DNA of 64,000 bases from the NCBI GenBank assembly GCA_013239625.1, contig MU054323.1, positions 2,964,161 to 3,028,160 of the forward strand. The letters run 5' to 3'. Shown in pieces: positions 23,801-37,040 of the stretch. This DNA comes from Lama guanicoe (lineage: Eukaryota). The stretch's first letter is position 1. The number at the start of each line of letters is the position of its first letter. The translations under genes and the position numbers were made by a program. The notes beneath the pieces were generated by a model. It worked only from the letters and a program-made list of their open reading frames with translations, had not been told where the DNA came from and did not search any database.

Positions 23801-25049
23801 AACTAAGGAAGTTGTTCAGCAGGGATCTGACTTATTCCCATAGAGGGGTAACTCGCAGCCGTCAGAGTTCCGAGTCCAGTTAAACAATCCTGGCCCCCAA
23901 CCCATAGGCTGAGAAGCATCAGGAAGGTTCTCTGCCTTCCAGGTAACCTGGGACATCCCAGTTCTCCCACTGCAAATCCTGCATCCCAAGGTGGTCCTGG
24001 GCAAGCCAGGAGGTGGATCATTCTGCCTCCAGCAACATCCTAAGAAGCAGGCAGACATGGGTATTCCCAGGGCCGGAAACACAGATTTCATCCTGTAAGG
24101 AGAGAGTTGGAGGGGAGACTTGTCTGGGGGCCCTGGCTTGGGATTTGGACCTTTGAGGAAGAGATGTGTGAAAAGGATGTCTCACAAGAACATGTTACCA
24201 AGCCTGAAGAGCTCCCGAGGGCTGCGGGCAAGGGGAGCTGGTGTGTTCCTTCCTTCCAGCACAGCGCGGTTGGCAGTGGGGAGAGTGGTCCGAGGCTGCT
24301 GCTGTGATGGCCCAGATGGGGACGGGGAGGGGGGACAGGGCGGCAGTGGAGCGGGTGGTGCAGGCCCAGGCCCCGTGCAGCTGAAAGACCACGGAGCCTC
24401 CAGGTCTGGAACTGGCCGAGTCCACCCCTAACACTTGCCAGGCCCCAGGCTAGCGTACAAACAGAGGCCAACTTACCACAGTGTACACACTTAATGGTAC
24501 TGAATCACGCCAACAAACTGCTGAAAAACTAAATTCTCTCCTTCTTCCTTGACAAGGATCCCCTCAAAACAACCTGGATGGCCAGTTGGAATTCCAACTC
24601 CTCGGAGCTCTGCCCCAGAACATGGCAGCGTGAGGACCACTAGCCTTTGGCCCATTCACCTTGCCTGCTGCCTCCAGTCAGCCCCCATGGTCACTGGCCC
24701 ACGTGTTCAAGCTCCATGTGCTCCCCGCAAGCAGCCTCCGCTCAGCCCTCCCTGGAGTCTAGGGGTTCACATCTTGGCAGCCCGGCCTGCCAGGACCTGG
24801 AGACAGGCTCAGGGCCATGGGGCGGGGAGTTCTGATGTCTCAGGAACCTGAAGCATGGACAGGGGAAGCAGGACACGGGTTTGGGACAGACACGTGCCGT
24901 CGATCTAGCTGACTCACGGACTGGGAGGCTCAGACTCAAAGGCCAAGTAGAGTCATCTAAAATGCATTTCCCAGGACACGGTGGTACCAACTGGAGCTGC
25001 CCTGGTTTGGGTCACCCTGAGCTCCTTCCAAGGCCCCAGAGGAGGGATT

Positions 25050-25190
25050 GGCAGCCCTGGCTTTCAGCCTTGGCTCTGTTCTTCACCAGCTGTGCAGCCT
25101 TAGGTAAAGCATTTGTCCTCTCTGAGCCTATTTCCTTAGCTGTGACAGTATTTATCCACCTACCTCACAGAGATGGCATGAGGCCACAGG
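25050..25190 (+). mobile_element. MIR SINE
   Basis: agctgtgcagccttaggtaaag...ctctctgagcctatttcctt...cctacctcacag. Confidence 0.65.
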
Positions 25191-26247
25191 AGGGAACAGG
25201 GCAGCAGGGTCATCCAGGGCCCTACAAATAGGATGCTGTCTGCCTGGTTGGATAGATGGAGCAGGGGGAATACAACGCTCCCTTTCTCACTTGCACTGCT
25301 CACAGTGGGACAGGGAGGGGAAATCAGGCTGTACTGAGTTACAACCTGAGCTTGTGGCTGCAAAGGTCCCAAGAAAACGCCACACCCTTGAGAGTCTTCC
25401 CTGCTCACTTGCCAGGCACCTGTCATCCTTCCAGTCTAATCCCTGGTGGAGTTTTCTCCACCACAGTGAAAGCCTCGGGGGGATGAGCACAGGGGTCCCA
25501 GACCCCGCATTCTGGATTTTCCCTTAGGAACTGACGAGGCACGTACCCCAGGCAGAGCGGGGCCCAGCTCTAACCTGCTCACCTGCAAACCTCTCTAAAG
25601 CAGCAGGACCAGCTCTTCTCCTTTAGACCTTGAATTTCACCCTGAGTGTAACACCTGCTACAGGAGATAACCCTTCCAGTTACCCTGTTTGGAGGAGACA
25701 GTGGTCCTAGTGGGAGAAGCGAACCCTGGGGTGCAGGTCTCCTGGGGACCATCAGCCCGGGCAGGAGTGCAAGTACTCAGAGTGGGTCAACGCATCCCAC
25801 GCTGCCTGTGTTCTCTCTGAGGCACTCCATGGAGACAGAGCCCAATCCCTGGAGCTGGGCACCTGGACATGGTGGAAGGGGTGAGGGGTTCCAGGAGGCT
25901 GGAGGGCAAGGCATAAAGCCAAACAATGGATTCTGAGTCCAGGAAATTTCATGAGTAACCTGGGGACAGCAAAGCACAGTAAGGACCTGACGTCTGGCCA
26001 GAAAATCCGACCCAGAGCTGAGAGTGGAAGACAGTGTCCCTACTCCTCTCCATGGACTCTTCAGAGGTCACAGAAGGCCGTGGAATTAACTGACACAGAA
26101 CTATGCTTTCTGTCCTTTTCTAAGGGTTGAAATGTCAGTGAATTCTTTAACCTCCAGGGATCCCCCTGGGAAGGCCGCCTTCTGAGCGCAGGTGCAGGCC
26201 CTTTTATACAGAACCTCCTGGCATCAGGAAGTCTCAGCTCCTTAGAA

Positions 26248-26452
26248 CAGGGCATCTCAGTCTCAGCACTACGTTTGGGGCCAATAATCCTTTGTTGTAG
26301 GGCTGTCATTGTAGGATGTTTCATAGCATCTCTGGTCGCTACCCACTACCTGCTCACAATTCCCCCTCCCCAAGCTGTGATAATCAAAAATGTCTCCAGA
26401 CATGGCCAGATATCCCCTGGGGGACAAAATAGTCCCTGGATGAGAGCCACCT
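26248..26452 (-). mobile_element. MER20 hAT-Charlie MITE
   Basis: tgtaggatgtttcatagcatc...aaaaatgtctccagacatggccagatatcccctgggggacaaaat; 8-bp TSD ccttagaa (26240-26247) / ccttagac (26453-26460). Confidence 0.9.
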
Positions 26453-26659
26453 CCTTAGACAAGAGCAGGGAAAAGTGAAAAGTGGGGGATGACACCCAAA
26501 AGGAGGGTTTGTGCCCTCAGCACCTCCTCTGACCTCAGCAAGGTTGCTCAGGGCCTCACAGCCAGCAGATGCTCATGGCAGCAAACTCTAAGGCCAAGGG
26601 GCCGGGGTGGGGGCAGGGGGGAAGGGCCATGAAGGCTCATCCACTGACAACAAAGCAAC

Positions 26660-26890
26660 TAACACTCACCAAAGGCTCTCGTGCTCCCAGCTAAGAGCTG
26701 GGCTCTTTGCACGCATCACCTCTGGACCCTCATAAGCACTCTCTGAAGCAGAGATGAAGGATATCCCCATCCTGGAGGAGGGAATACTGAGACTTAAGAC
26801 AGACTGACAACTTACTTAGATCAAAGAGCTGGAACTGTAGCTAAGTTTGGCACTCAAGCCAACTCAGTCCAGAGCCTGCATTCTTAATCA
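26660..26890 (-). mobile_element. MIR SINE
   Basis: atccccat...gagggaatactgagactta...tccagagcctgcattcttaatca. Confidence 0.6.
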
Positions 26891-28739
26891 TAATAGTAAA
26901 AATGATAATAACCACCCCCCCCAGCTGTGAACTTAGGGAAGATGCTGATCAGAATGGAAAGTGACTTCATGTAGGTGATTTCATCTGATCCTCACCACCC
27001 CTCTGCAAGGCTCCCCAGGGATCCCTGGGGAGACAAAACCCAGCTCTTCCTTGACCTTTGCCAGCCCAGTATGGAAAACAGTCCGAATGCAGGTTCTACT
27101 CAGTCAACCCCATCAAGAGACACAGCTTCATCCAAGACCCCAGCCTTCGGATTGTGTGGGCAGAGAGAGCAGCTTACTCAGAAAGTCTTTGCTCAGGTGT
27201 TTGAACGTGAGATCCCGGACTAGGAGGAGCCCCTAGTCCCTTCTGAGTTCACCATCCCCTTGGTGCCTGGAGATTCCAAGCAAGGAAAACAAATGCTGAG
27301 TGTGGGGGGAGGTTTTTTTTTTTTTCCTGTCTTTGAAAAACAAAATGTCAGCAGCTCAGCCCTGGATCCCAGGAAGGCTTCAGTCACGTTCCAGGACTCG
27401 TCCGTCAGGGCTTAGGGACAGAATTTGGGGAGGAATCTGTTTTTCCCTTTCCCGTTGCTTAAAGGATCTGAAGAGTTATTAAAAACAAACCATGATGAAG
27501 TTTCTAAAGCACACTGACAGCGTCCCTTTAAAAACACACCCAAGCCCATGATGAATGCTCGAAGGACAAGATACTGTACTGATTAGTTATTAAGAACACA
27601 TTTTGTGCGGTTTGACAGCTATGCCAGAGCAATCTGCTTCAGAGTGATTAAACCTCAATAAATGTGGTTCTAATAATGAGCTGGTATTGAATTATCAGAC
27701 AATGGCAGCCTTAGTAAATCTTCATTAGTTTTGTCTTTTGAGAACTTCATTTAAATTCTGAGTAATACAAATGCCGTTCAGAGCCGAGTGAGGGAGGCAG
27801 GGCTGCCCCCCCCCCGGGGGTGCCACCCTAGGCTTGAGACCCCCCCCAGCTCCACCAACACTCAGTTTGCCAGCCTAAAGGAGGGTTGGGGAGGAACCAA
27901 GGATGGAATGGGGTGGGGGTGGGGCAGCTTTTGTGGATAGTCTGCATTCCAACAAAGAGAGTCAGCCCTTTTTCAAACACCTCTGAGGTAGGAAAGCCTC
28001 ATTAGGCCAAACAGCAAGACTTTAGGGTGAAAACAATCTTTTCTAAAATGTGGAGCTCTGGGAACAACAAGGGAAAAAAAGGGAGAGAGGGAGGAAAGGG
28101 AAGGAAGGAGAAGGGCGGAGGGGGCTCCTGTGAGCCTGAAGCCAGGAAGGGGAGCTGGAAGAATGGGCAGATGGATGACCGGGTGATGGGGCCAGCCACC
28201 GGTCCAACTGAAGGCCTTTCAGAGTAAATAAACTGGCCAGGGCGCACAGCCTTGCTTCAAAAGACCCACAATTACTCGTTTTATTGCTCAGAGTTACAAG
28301 ACGATGGTATCTCAAAAGAAGGTGACAGCAAGTTAACAGATCCGTCCCTGAGGGTGCCTGGCCCAGACGTAGAGACTCCCTTCTCCAAACAGAGATGCAG
28401 GCACAATTAGACGCTTTCAAAATGAGACGTTTCTCTGCTTTGGGACCCACTGGAAGGCCAGTCAAGGCACTCCTCCGCCTCCACACACATTTTGGTACTA
28501 ATTAACTCCTAATTTGGGAAGGGGGAGAAAGGGGTGTCTCTTTCAAGAATTTCTCCCTCCGGAGATGGCATCTCTGAGCAGCAGCATTTGGCGGTAAAAA
28601 CACAACAAGTGTCAGAGCGGAGTGGCTGCAGGGCTAGGGATTTACGACTCGGTTCCGGAATGCCGTCAGAGCCGTGGCCAGAGACTCTGATTCCATGTTG
28701 GGACGGATTTGGGTAATTAGGCAAAGCCAGCGAGCCCTG

Positions 28740-28880
28740 TCCTGGAAGGCAAGAAGCCTGGGTCCCATTTCTGCTGTTAACTTGTTGTGTGACCTTGGGC
28801 AAGTTCCTTCCCCTCCCTGGGCCTCAAGTCTACCACGAGTCAGTCAGTATCTGTGAATTTGAAAATGCTGAGGAGACTCA
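28740..28880 (+). mobile_element. MIR SINE
   Basis: cctgggtccc...ttgtgtgaccttgggcaagtt...ctgggcctca. Confidence 0.7.
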
Positions 28881-29020
28881 GAGAAAAAAAAACGACACTT
28901 CTTTTACAGATGTGTAATTCAGTTTTTTTCTACTCTGCCTTTTTCTCTGTTACAAAGAGTAACACTTGTCCCTCCTTTAACAGTTCCTGTCCCCTGGGAG
29001 TTACGACACAAATACTATAC

Positions 29021-29385
29021 CATATGATATCACTCATATGTGGAATCTAAAAAAAAAAAGAGAAAAGGACACTATGAACTCATCTACAAAACAGAAATAG
29101 ATTCGAAGACACAGTAAATAATCTTACGGTTACTGGGGAAAAGGGGTGGGAAAGGATAAATTTGAGAGTTTGAGATTTGCAAATGTTAGCCATTATGTAT
29201 AAAAATAGATTTTTTTAAGTTTCTTCTGTATAACACAGGGAACTATATTCAATATCTTGTAATAACCTTTAATGAAAATGAATATATATATATGTATATG
29301 TATGCCTAGGACATTGTGCTGTACACCAGAGACAGACATGTTGTAATTGACTGTACTTCAATTTCAAAAAAAAACTAAGATAAAT
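29021..29385 (+). mobile_element. 5'-truncated lineage-specific L1 (ORF2 stop plus 3'UTR)
   Basis: catatgatatcactcatatgtggaatctaa (ORF2 end HMISLICGI*); A-rich tail; perfect 11-bp TSD aaatactatac at 29010-29020 and 29386-29396. Confidence 0.92.
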
Positions 29386-30330
29386 AAATACTATACAAAT
29401 GCAAATGCCCTTCCCTTCTACAATTGTATTTTTTTTATTATTATTATTGAGTATCTCTGTTCCCTACAGCAGCAAGAAGATGTCTGTCTTGGTTAATACT
29501 CTCTCCCCCAGCCCTGGTTCAGTTCCAGTTATATGGTGCTTAAAGAAGAATGTTAGATGACTTGCCAAGTTCCAGGATCCAGGCTGTTGGTGCTAAGCTC
29601 TTAGAAGCTATGGTGAGAACAGAAAAGTCAAGGAAAGCATTCTGGGAGGAGGCCTGGGGATGGACTTTAAAAACCAGCCTTTGGAGAGGCAGAGGAGGGT
29701 CTTGCCTTCCTCTCTCCCTTCCCCCATGCCTCTCCCATGAGGGTGCCAGTGTGATTGCCTGGCCCACTGGACAATCAGCTGGAAGATGCCACCCATAGGA
29801 GCGTGTAGAGAGAGCACCAGGAGAGAGCAGGTCTGTCCAAGCCAGCCTGAAAAAAGTTTAGTCCTTTGAGTGAAATGGTGCTCACTGATGGACCTGCTTG
29901 GAGCCCAGGTTTCCAATTTCCACTAAAATCTCTGATGCACATCCCCCTTTCTCTCTCCTGGCCACACCAGCTCACTCTTCACTAAGCAGCATTTTCCCCC
30001 CAAACCTCTAAATAAACTTGCAGTCTTGCCAAATGTTTTCACCATCAGGCAGTATTTAGCAACACGAGTGCTACACAAATGGATCACGAACAGATCAAAT
30101 ATCATACGTTTGTTTTCAAATCCTGGAAATATTTTCCAAATCATGTCTTTTTTTTTTCCTTTTCATACACATCATCAACCTCCTGACAATTCTGGCCCAG
30201 CCCTCCAGCAGGCAGTCTTAACTGCCCGGCTCTGGCAGAAGGCTGGGAGTCCACGTGTGATGCAGAGGGTTTGTGAAAGGGTGAGGTTTGCTTGTGCTCT
30301 GTGATCTGTGAGATACGAAGGACTGCGCAA

Positions 30331-30368
30331 TGTGTGTGTGTGTGTGTGTGTGTGTGAGTGTGCGTGTG
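30331..30368. repeat. (TG)n microsatellite
   Basis: Seen directly. Confidence 0.95.
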
Positions 30369-31759
30369 GTGACCACGGGGCATATTGGGTGAGATCTATT
30401 AGTGTGGTGTGCTGGGTGACCTGAAGCTTGGTGTGGTGTGGGCACTGGGGAGGGCAGGGAGGTTGCTGGGAAAGTATGTATCAAAATGGTACCTTGGTCA
30501 CCAGAAAACAGCTCTGGGGTTGGCCAGACGTGGACTCTGAGACCATCTCCAGGAACAGGAGAGCTGCTCAGGTCCAGCCTCAAATCTACAGACCTGGACC
30601 CTGTGGTTGCAGAAGCTCAGTGGCTCACCTGATGCCTGTGCCCGAGGCGACTGAAGCAAAGCCAAAGAGGCAAAATTGTTTCATGGCTGGTAAGCAGCTC
30701 CTGGTCTAGATCACGGGCCTGAGGAAGACGCTGGAGCCCTTGGCCTGAGAAGCAACTCTGCGGCTGCGTCGTGTGTAACTTCAGTCCCTGGGGCCACATT
30801 ATCACTAATAATGACCTCAGCCCGAGGGAGACATAGTCGACTTTTCTAAGCGACAGACGGCCTTTCTGCGAGGCCAGCGAAGAAGGCGCCATGGCAAGCT
30901 GCCCGGGATCCTCGCAGAGGCCGGGGCTCTGGCCCCAGGGGCTGTCCCAGAGGAGGGGCGGGGCTCCCCCATCTCTTCCCTCGCAGACATAGGACTCCCA
31001 TCATCTTTAAGATTCAAACCTCGTGGCCCAGCCCCCAAGGCTCTAGGGTACCTCCTCCCACTCTCCTGTGGGACTCACTGTGTCCTCTCTGTGTCCCTCA
31101 ACTCCAGCCAACCTAAGGTGAGAGAGCAGCCCTCTATGTTCACGGCTGAGGGCGCCGTTCAGGGAGTCCCTGCCTGGGAGCTGGGTGAGGGAGAGGCCCC
31201 TGGAGAATGAGCCCAGAAGATGAGGGGCAGGACGCAGAGTCACAAAGAACTTCCGGGTGACCCTCAATTTTGAATTCCTGATCTAATGTTTTCAGATGTT
31301 CAAGAAGGCTGTTCATGACTGGCTTCTGAAGAAGAAGGAATGCCTTCTTCTTGTCATTTCAAACTCCACCATGAAAAATTGCTGCTTCAAATGGCTTACC
31401 ACCTAAGACAACCTCAGAGTAGGAGTCACGGAGAGGAGAAGACCTCTGAAAAATTACTGCTAAAAGCAAACAACCCAAGAAACTGACCCTCTGGCAAGGG
31501 GCTGCGGGGGCCAGAGCAAGGAGCCAGCCCTGTGCCAGGTAAACTGCAGGCCACCGATCTGCACGGAGCAACATGGAAATACCTGGAAAGGCCAATAATG
31601 ACACAACTGAGTCCTGCTCACATCTCCTACCACCGCCCTCCTCTCTCCCTCCTCGAATCCATTGTTCTTTGCGCTTGTATCTGCTCTGGTGGCCTGAAGT
31701 CCCATCCAGGAAACAGAATCAGAAGGAAAATTCACTGTTGTACTCCCTCTTCTCATCTC

Positions 31760-34700
31760 TTTTCTTCTCTCTTTCTCTAAAAGTGGACGCCCACCCCTTT
31801 TCCTGAATGCAAAGACTTAGTCCACTTCTTAGCAGGCAATTAGAGTTAATCCATCTTTTAAATGCATGTGGGAATACTCAGCCTTGGAGTTTACCCAAAA
31901 ATCAGCTGAGACAGGAACAGAGACAAAATACTCCCAGCGAGAGAGATGAGCCTTCCAGATTGTCTTCAGAGACTTTCGCAGCAGCCTCTGACCCAGTCTC
32001 CACACCTCTGGCGTGCCATCGTCCCCCATGCCAAAGCCCAAGTGATCTTTCTGAAACACAGTGTTGTTCCCTGTTCAAAACCTCCCGATGGCAGCCCAGG
32101 TCCCAGCTCTGTAACACGGCCCCCTGAGCGCTCTCTTAGACCCGCCACTCCCACTCGCTCTATCCACCCAAAATCTGCACCCTGAGTCGTTCCTTATGCT
32201 TTCTCAATTACATCATGCTTTTTCTTATTTCTGAACAATTTGCACATGGGGTTCCTTCTGTATAGAAAGCCCTTCCCTCTTTTAGCTGTCTGGTTAACTA
32301 CCATGTCCCTTCCTTCCGCAGTCTGCTCAACCATCAGTCTGCTCCTCTGGGGACATTCTCTGCCCCAAAACATCACTTCCCCTGGAATTCTCTCAACTAG
32401 AAGCCACTATTCTCTCACGGGCCTATAGGATCTGGAAGAGAGGTAGGTATCCTCTCTGCCCCTCATTGCTTCTTCCAAGTCATTTCTCCTTCCTTCTTCA
32501 AAGCCCTTGGTTCTTTGAAGTGCAAGTCATGAGACTTCACCACCCACCACTCCGCCTTGTGTTGACTTCCCTGTCATTCCCCGCTTCACTGATGACTTTA
32601 GCACTTGGCTTACTGTCCTCTCCACCACCACTCCTGTCATTCTTGGCAGCTTTACATCCATATAAATGACCTATTCCCCAGCACTCGGGTCTCTCTTTTC
32701 CTTGGTCCCAGGAGATTCAACAAGCTTTCCCTCCATCCCACCTCAGCCACCACCTCCCATGGTTGTACTTTGTAGTTTTGCAAAGTTATTTCAACCAGTA
32801 ACTGCATCACCTGGGAAACACCAAGCAGCTTCACTCTCTGGCCAGCTCTTCCCTTGATCTAGAGCAGTCACTCCCGCAACTCTGATCCCACTGAGACGTT
32901 CAGTCCTTCGTGCCTTCCCCTTTATCACCACCATCACCCTCTCCCCCAAACGCACACACAGTCTCACCCTCCTCCGTATCCAGCTCAGCTTCTCTGATCA
33001 GCATTGTATCCACTCTCTTGCACGTTTGTCAATTCTGTCCCTTTTTTTCTCTCTATATCACACCAGCCTAGAAATACCTGAACCTCAATTAACCAAGTTA
33101 TCTGCTGCCTCTGAGTCTGTAACCAACCAACCAACCACCTCCGCAGGAAAAAATCATATCATAGTTGTGCTGATTGGATTTGCTGTAAATTTGTAAGCAC
33201 AAATCTCTACACTGCCAATAATCTTATTTTCTTGTCTATTCATTTTACTTTCCAAGTCCCCAAGACAACTATTTCATGTCTTCTCTTATCCCCTCAAACA
33301 TCTAAAATCCCCTCACTCTCAGCAAGTGGCCCTCTTCAGTCTCTTGCCACAGGGATATGGAGAAAGCATGTTATTTCCTCTCCAAGCCTAGCAAACCATT
33401 GTCTTTGCATTGAATCCTTCTCTCTCAGCTTCTCAGGACCCTACCCCTGCAATTACCTCCATATCTCCCATTGTCCCTTCAACTCACCCCGCTGGGCTTC
33501 CCTCACTACCACCGAACAAAAATGGTCTGATCAAGGTTACCAAGGACTTGTGTTTGACGAGGACCACCGACGTTTTCTGTCTTCAGCACGCTGAACCTCT
33601 CAGTAGCAGGTGACTGCTCCGTCTCCTTTGCTACAGACTCGTGCTGTGCCCCACCTAGACCTCTGTCTGCAGCCACCGTCTCTTCCCAACTACTGGGTGA
33701 TAGCAAACACTCTCATGGTCCTAAACAGCATCATTGTTTTGATGATCCCAAAGCTCCACATGATTATAGGCATTTCAGATCTAAATCTAACATGGCCCCA
33801 AAAGAGCTACTCATCTTTTCCCCCTCTCTGTCTCTATCTCTCTTTCTCTTTTACACACACACACACACATGCACACACACTCACTTACCAAGTCTGCTAT
33901 TCCTTAAGTCCTCATCTTAGTCAATGACAGAATCATTCATGCAATTGTTGAGACCAGTGACCTTACAGCCACCCCTGATTACTCTCTTTCCCTCATCTTC
34001 CATATTTAATTCATCGGCAAGTTCTGGCAATATTACCTCCAAATATATCTAAAATTTAACTACTTCTTCCACTGCTTATCATCAAAATATTAGTCTAAAC
34101 CACTGACATCTCTTATCTAGTTTACTGTAAATTCTTTCTAACTTGCTTCCGTTCCTCCTCTCTTGACCCCACACAATCCACTCTTCACACGGCTTCACGG
34201 ATTAATTTTTCAAAGAAGTTTTAGGTTCACAGCAAAATTAGGCAGAAAATATAGGGAGTTTCCATATACCCCTGCCCTCATGTTCACATAGTGTCCTCCA
34301 CTATCAACATCCCGCACCACAGTTGTGCGTTTGTTATAACTGATGAAACTACACTGACATGTCATTATCACCCAAAGTCCATAGCTTACCTTATGGGTCA
34401 CTCTTGGCTTTGAAAAATGTATAATGACATGTACCCACCATTACAGTATCATACAGAATAGTTTTACTTCCCTAAAAGTCCACTGTGCTCCACCTAGTCA
34501 TCCTTTCCTCCCCTTCAACTCCTGATATTTTTGCCATCTCTATGGTTTTTACCTTGTCTAGAACGCCACATAGTTAGAATCACGGATTTTGTAGCCTTTT
34601 CAGACTGGCTTCTTTCACTCAGCAATATGCATTTAAGTTTCCTCCATGTCTTTATCATGGCTTGATTGCTCATTTCTTTTTAGTACTGAATACTATCCCA

Positions 34701-35480
34701 TTTTCTGGATGTACCACAGTTTATTTACCCACTCGCCTCCTGAAGGACATCTTGGTTGCTGCCAAGTTTTGGCAATTATGAATAAAGCTGCTATAAACAT
34801 CTTTGTGCAGGTTTTTGTGTGGACATAAGTTTTTAACTCATTTGAGTAGATACCAAGGAACATAACTGCTGAGTCATATGATAAGAGTATGTTTAGTTTT
34901 GTAAGAAATTGCCCAACTGTCTTCTATACCGTTTTGCATTCCCACCAGCAATGAATGAGGTTCCTGTTACTCCACATCCTTGCCAGCATTTGGTGTTGTC
35001 AGTATTTTGGATTTTGGGCAGTCTAATACGTGTAGCAAGATCTCATTGTTACTTTGTAGAGTTGTCTTTTTAAATCTTAAATCTGATTTGTGGCTCCTCT
35101 TTGTAAAGCTTTCCAATGATTTCCCATTACAACAACTGTAAATTCCAAAGTCCTCAAGATGACCCACAAAGTCCCATGTAATTTAGCCTCTTTCCAGCCA
35201 ATCTGTTCTGATTGGTCAACATCTATTTCATCCTGGATGTGCCTAACATTTTGATTACCACCCACTTCTCCCCTCATTGTGTGCCATTCTCCTCATGGCC
35301 ACCAGTCTCCAGCCCACTTGGCCTTCTTTCATTCTTCGAACATGCCAGGCTCGTTTCTGTCTTAGGGCTTTGTACTTGCCATTTCTTTTTCTTGAGGTGT
35401 TTTTCTGCCAGATCTGCACATAACTGCCTTATCAATCAGGTCTTGGCTTAAATACTAATCTCTAAGAGAGGACTTTCCTA
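31760..35480 (+). mobile_element. Long L2 remnant(s), interrupted by an L1 at about 34203-35055
   Basis: C/T-rich plus strand with L2 ORF2-like segments (tttagcacttggcttactgtc...cctgtcattcttggc; tctgatcaaggttaccaaggac) and 3' segments (cacacaatccactcttcacac...; tccaaagtcctcaagatgacccacaaag; aacatgccaggctc...cttagggctttgtacttgc). Confidence 0.7.
34203..35055 (-). mobile_element. L1MB/L1MC-type 3' portion
   Basis: agttttaggttcacagcaaaatt...ttatcacccaaagtccatag...ggacatcttggttgctgccaagttttggcaattatgaataaagctgctataaacat...ttgcattcccaccagcaatg. Confidence 0.9.
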
Positions 35481-36166
35481 ATTTCAGGCACTTCTGGGTT
35501 GGATGGATAGAATGTGGATCCTAAAAGAAGTTAATGAAAACTTGTTTGCTGTGAGCTAGAAGGCTAACGTATCAAAGGAGCGAGCAATTCCAGGAGTCAG
35601 TGGAAGCAGCCCTTCCATGCTGCTGTCAGACAAAAGGACAAAACAGGAGAGAGAGCACAGCATGGGATGGGAGTTGGCAACATCAGGTGAATTAGCACAA
35701 GCTTTTGAAGGACTGTTGGAGGGTCCTACAATCATGTTCCTAGGGTCTTAATTACATAACAGCATATATATTGAGTGCCTGATGTGCACACGTTGGTAAA
35801 TTCCCAGAGCCTTGGGCTAGAGGCAGTATGCCTGGGTTAGGGAGAGGCCAGCTCTGAGCCTGCTGCCTTGTGGCTGTAACAACCACTCCCATCTGCATCT
35901 TTGGCTACATCTGGTTAGTTCAGATATCCAAGCAGAGAATAAAACCCAGCATCACACATCACCAGGAGCATCACAGATCAGCTGTGGGCTGGAGAGGATT
36001 CAAGCCTGTGTCAGTTGATTTTTTTCACGTATGCAATTCCTTTTTTGATGCTGTGAAACTCAAAGCTTACTATTTTCACATTTATGACCAAAGATAATTG
36101 GCAACTTTACATTGCCTCTGTAATGACTTTTTTCTCAAACCATGTCTGATTAAGACATTGTTTAGG

Positions 36167-36450
36167 TCATGGTGTCTCAAACTGTGGGTCGTGAACCATT
36201 CATTTGTCGTGAAATTGATTTAGACAGTTCACAACCAGCATATTTTTACTAAAATAGAATAGACTGGATGAGAGTAGAAAATATCAAAGTATATCACACA
36301 TAGTAAGGATAAATATTACTTCAGAAAACATATGTTTTAGTTATACATATAATGTGTGTGTGCGTGCGTGTGTGTGTGTGTATACACACATATACATACG
36401 TATATGTATAATGAGATACAATGTAAAATATGGGGTCATGGCCAAAAAAG
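36167..36450. mobile_element. hAT-Charlie DNA transposon remnant (Charlie4-like) with internal (TG)/(TA) repeat
   Basis: gtgtctcaaactgtgggtcgtgaaccatt...gtcgtgaaattgatttag...acaaccagcat resembles a recalled Charlie4 end. Confidence 0.6.
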
Positions 36451-36864
36451 CAGCAGCTGTTGCTCCAGGTTTCACTTGGCTGTACAAATCTGCTATGAAT
36501 AACGTATAAATATATTCTAAAATAATTTCAAAATTCATGTAGAGTTTATTCATGTCACTGGAGAGCTGTCAAAGATAATAACCATCAAAAATAGTACACA
36601 ACAGGTGTGGCGATCTGGAACGTCCTGTTTTAAGACTGGGATCCTGACATTGCACTAGACCACAAGTCTAGAGAACTAGGTTCTGATTTCTTTTCTTTTA
36701 TCCTCCAGCATGACGGCTTCAGGAAATTCCTCCTCCCTTTTCTGGGCTCCAGGTTCCTAATCTCTAAACTGAGAGACTTGGGTTCTTTCACTTCTGAGAA
36801 GCCCTGCATGGGACTCAAGCCTTCGGAGTCTCCTAGAAGCTGCATGAAATGCTCAAGAACTTCA

Positions 36865-37040
36865 AAATCAAATAAGCCTGACTCAGATCCCAGCTCCCAC
36901 TCACCACTGAGTCATACTGCCAGTTTTCTTAGTCAGAAATTGGGGGTGGTGAGGCATCCTCCACGGGCAGAGATGAGGACTAGAGTCGTCCATCCAAAGC
37001 CCCTGGCACAGGAGGGGTCTCCATAAAAATGGCTGTTGTT
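36865..37040 (+). mobile_element. MIR SINE
   Basis: tcagatcccagctcccactcacc...cagttttcttagtcagaaattgggg...gcccctggcacag. Confidence 0.5.

Noticed and set aside
30886..30992. Kozak-like ggcgccATGG start in the CpG patch
   Set aside because: Frame closes after 33 codons with no convincing donor site before the stop.
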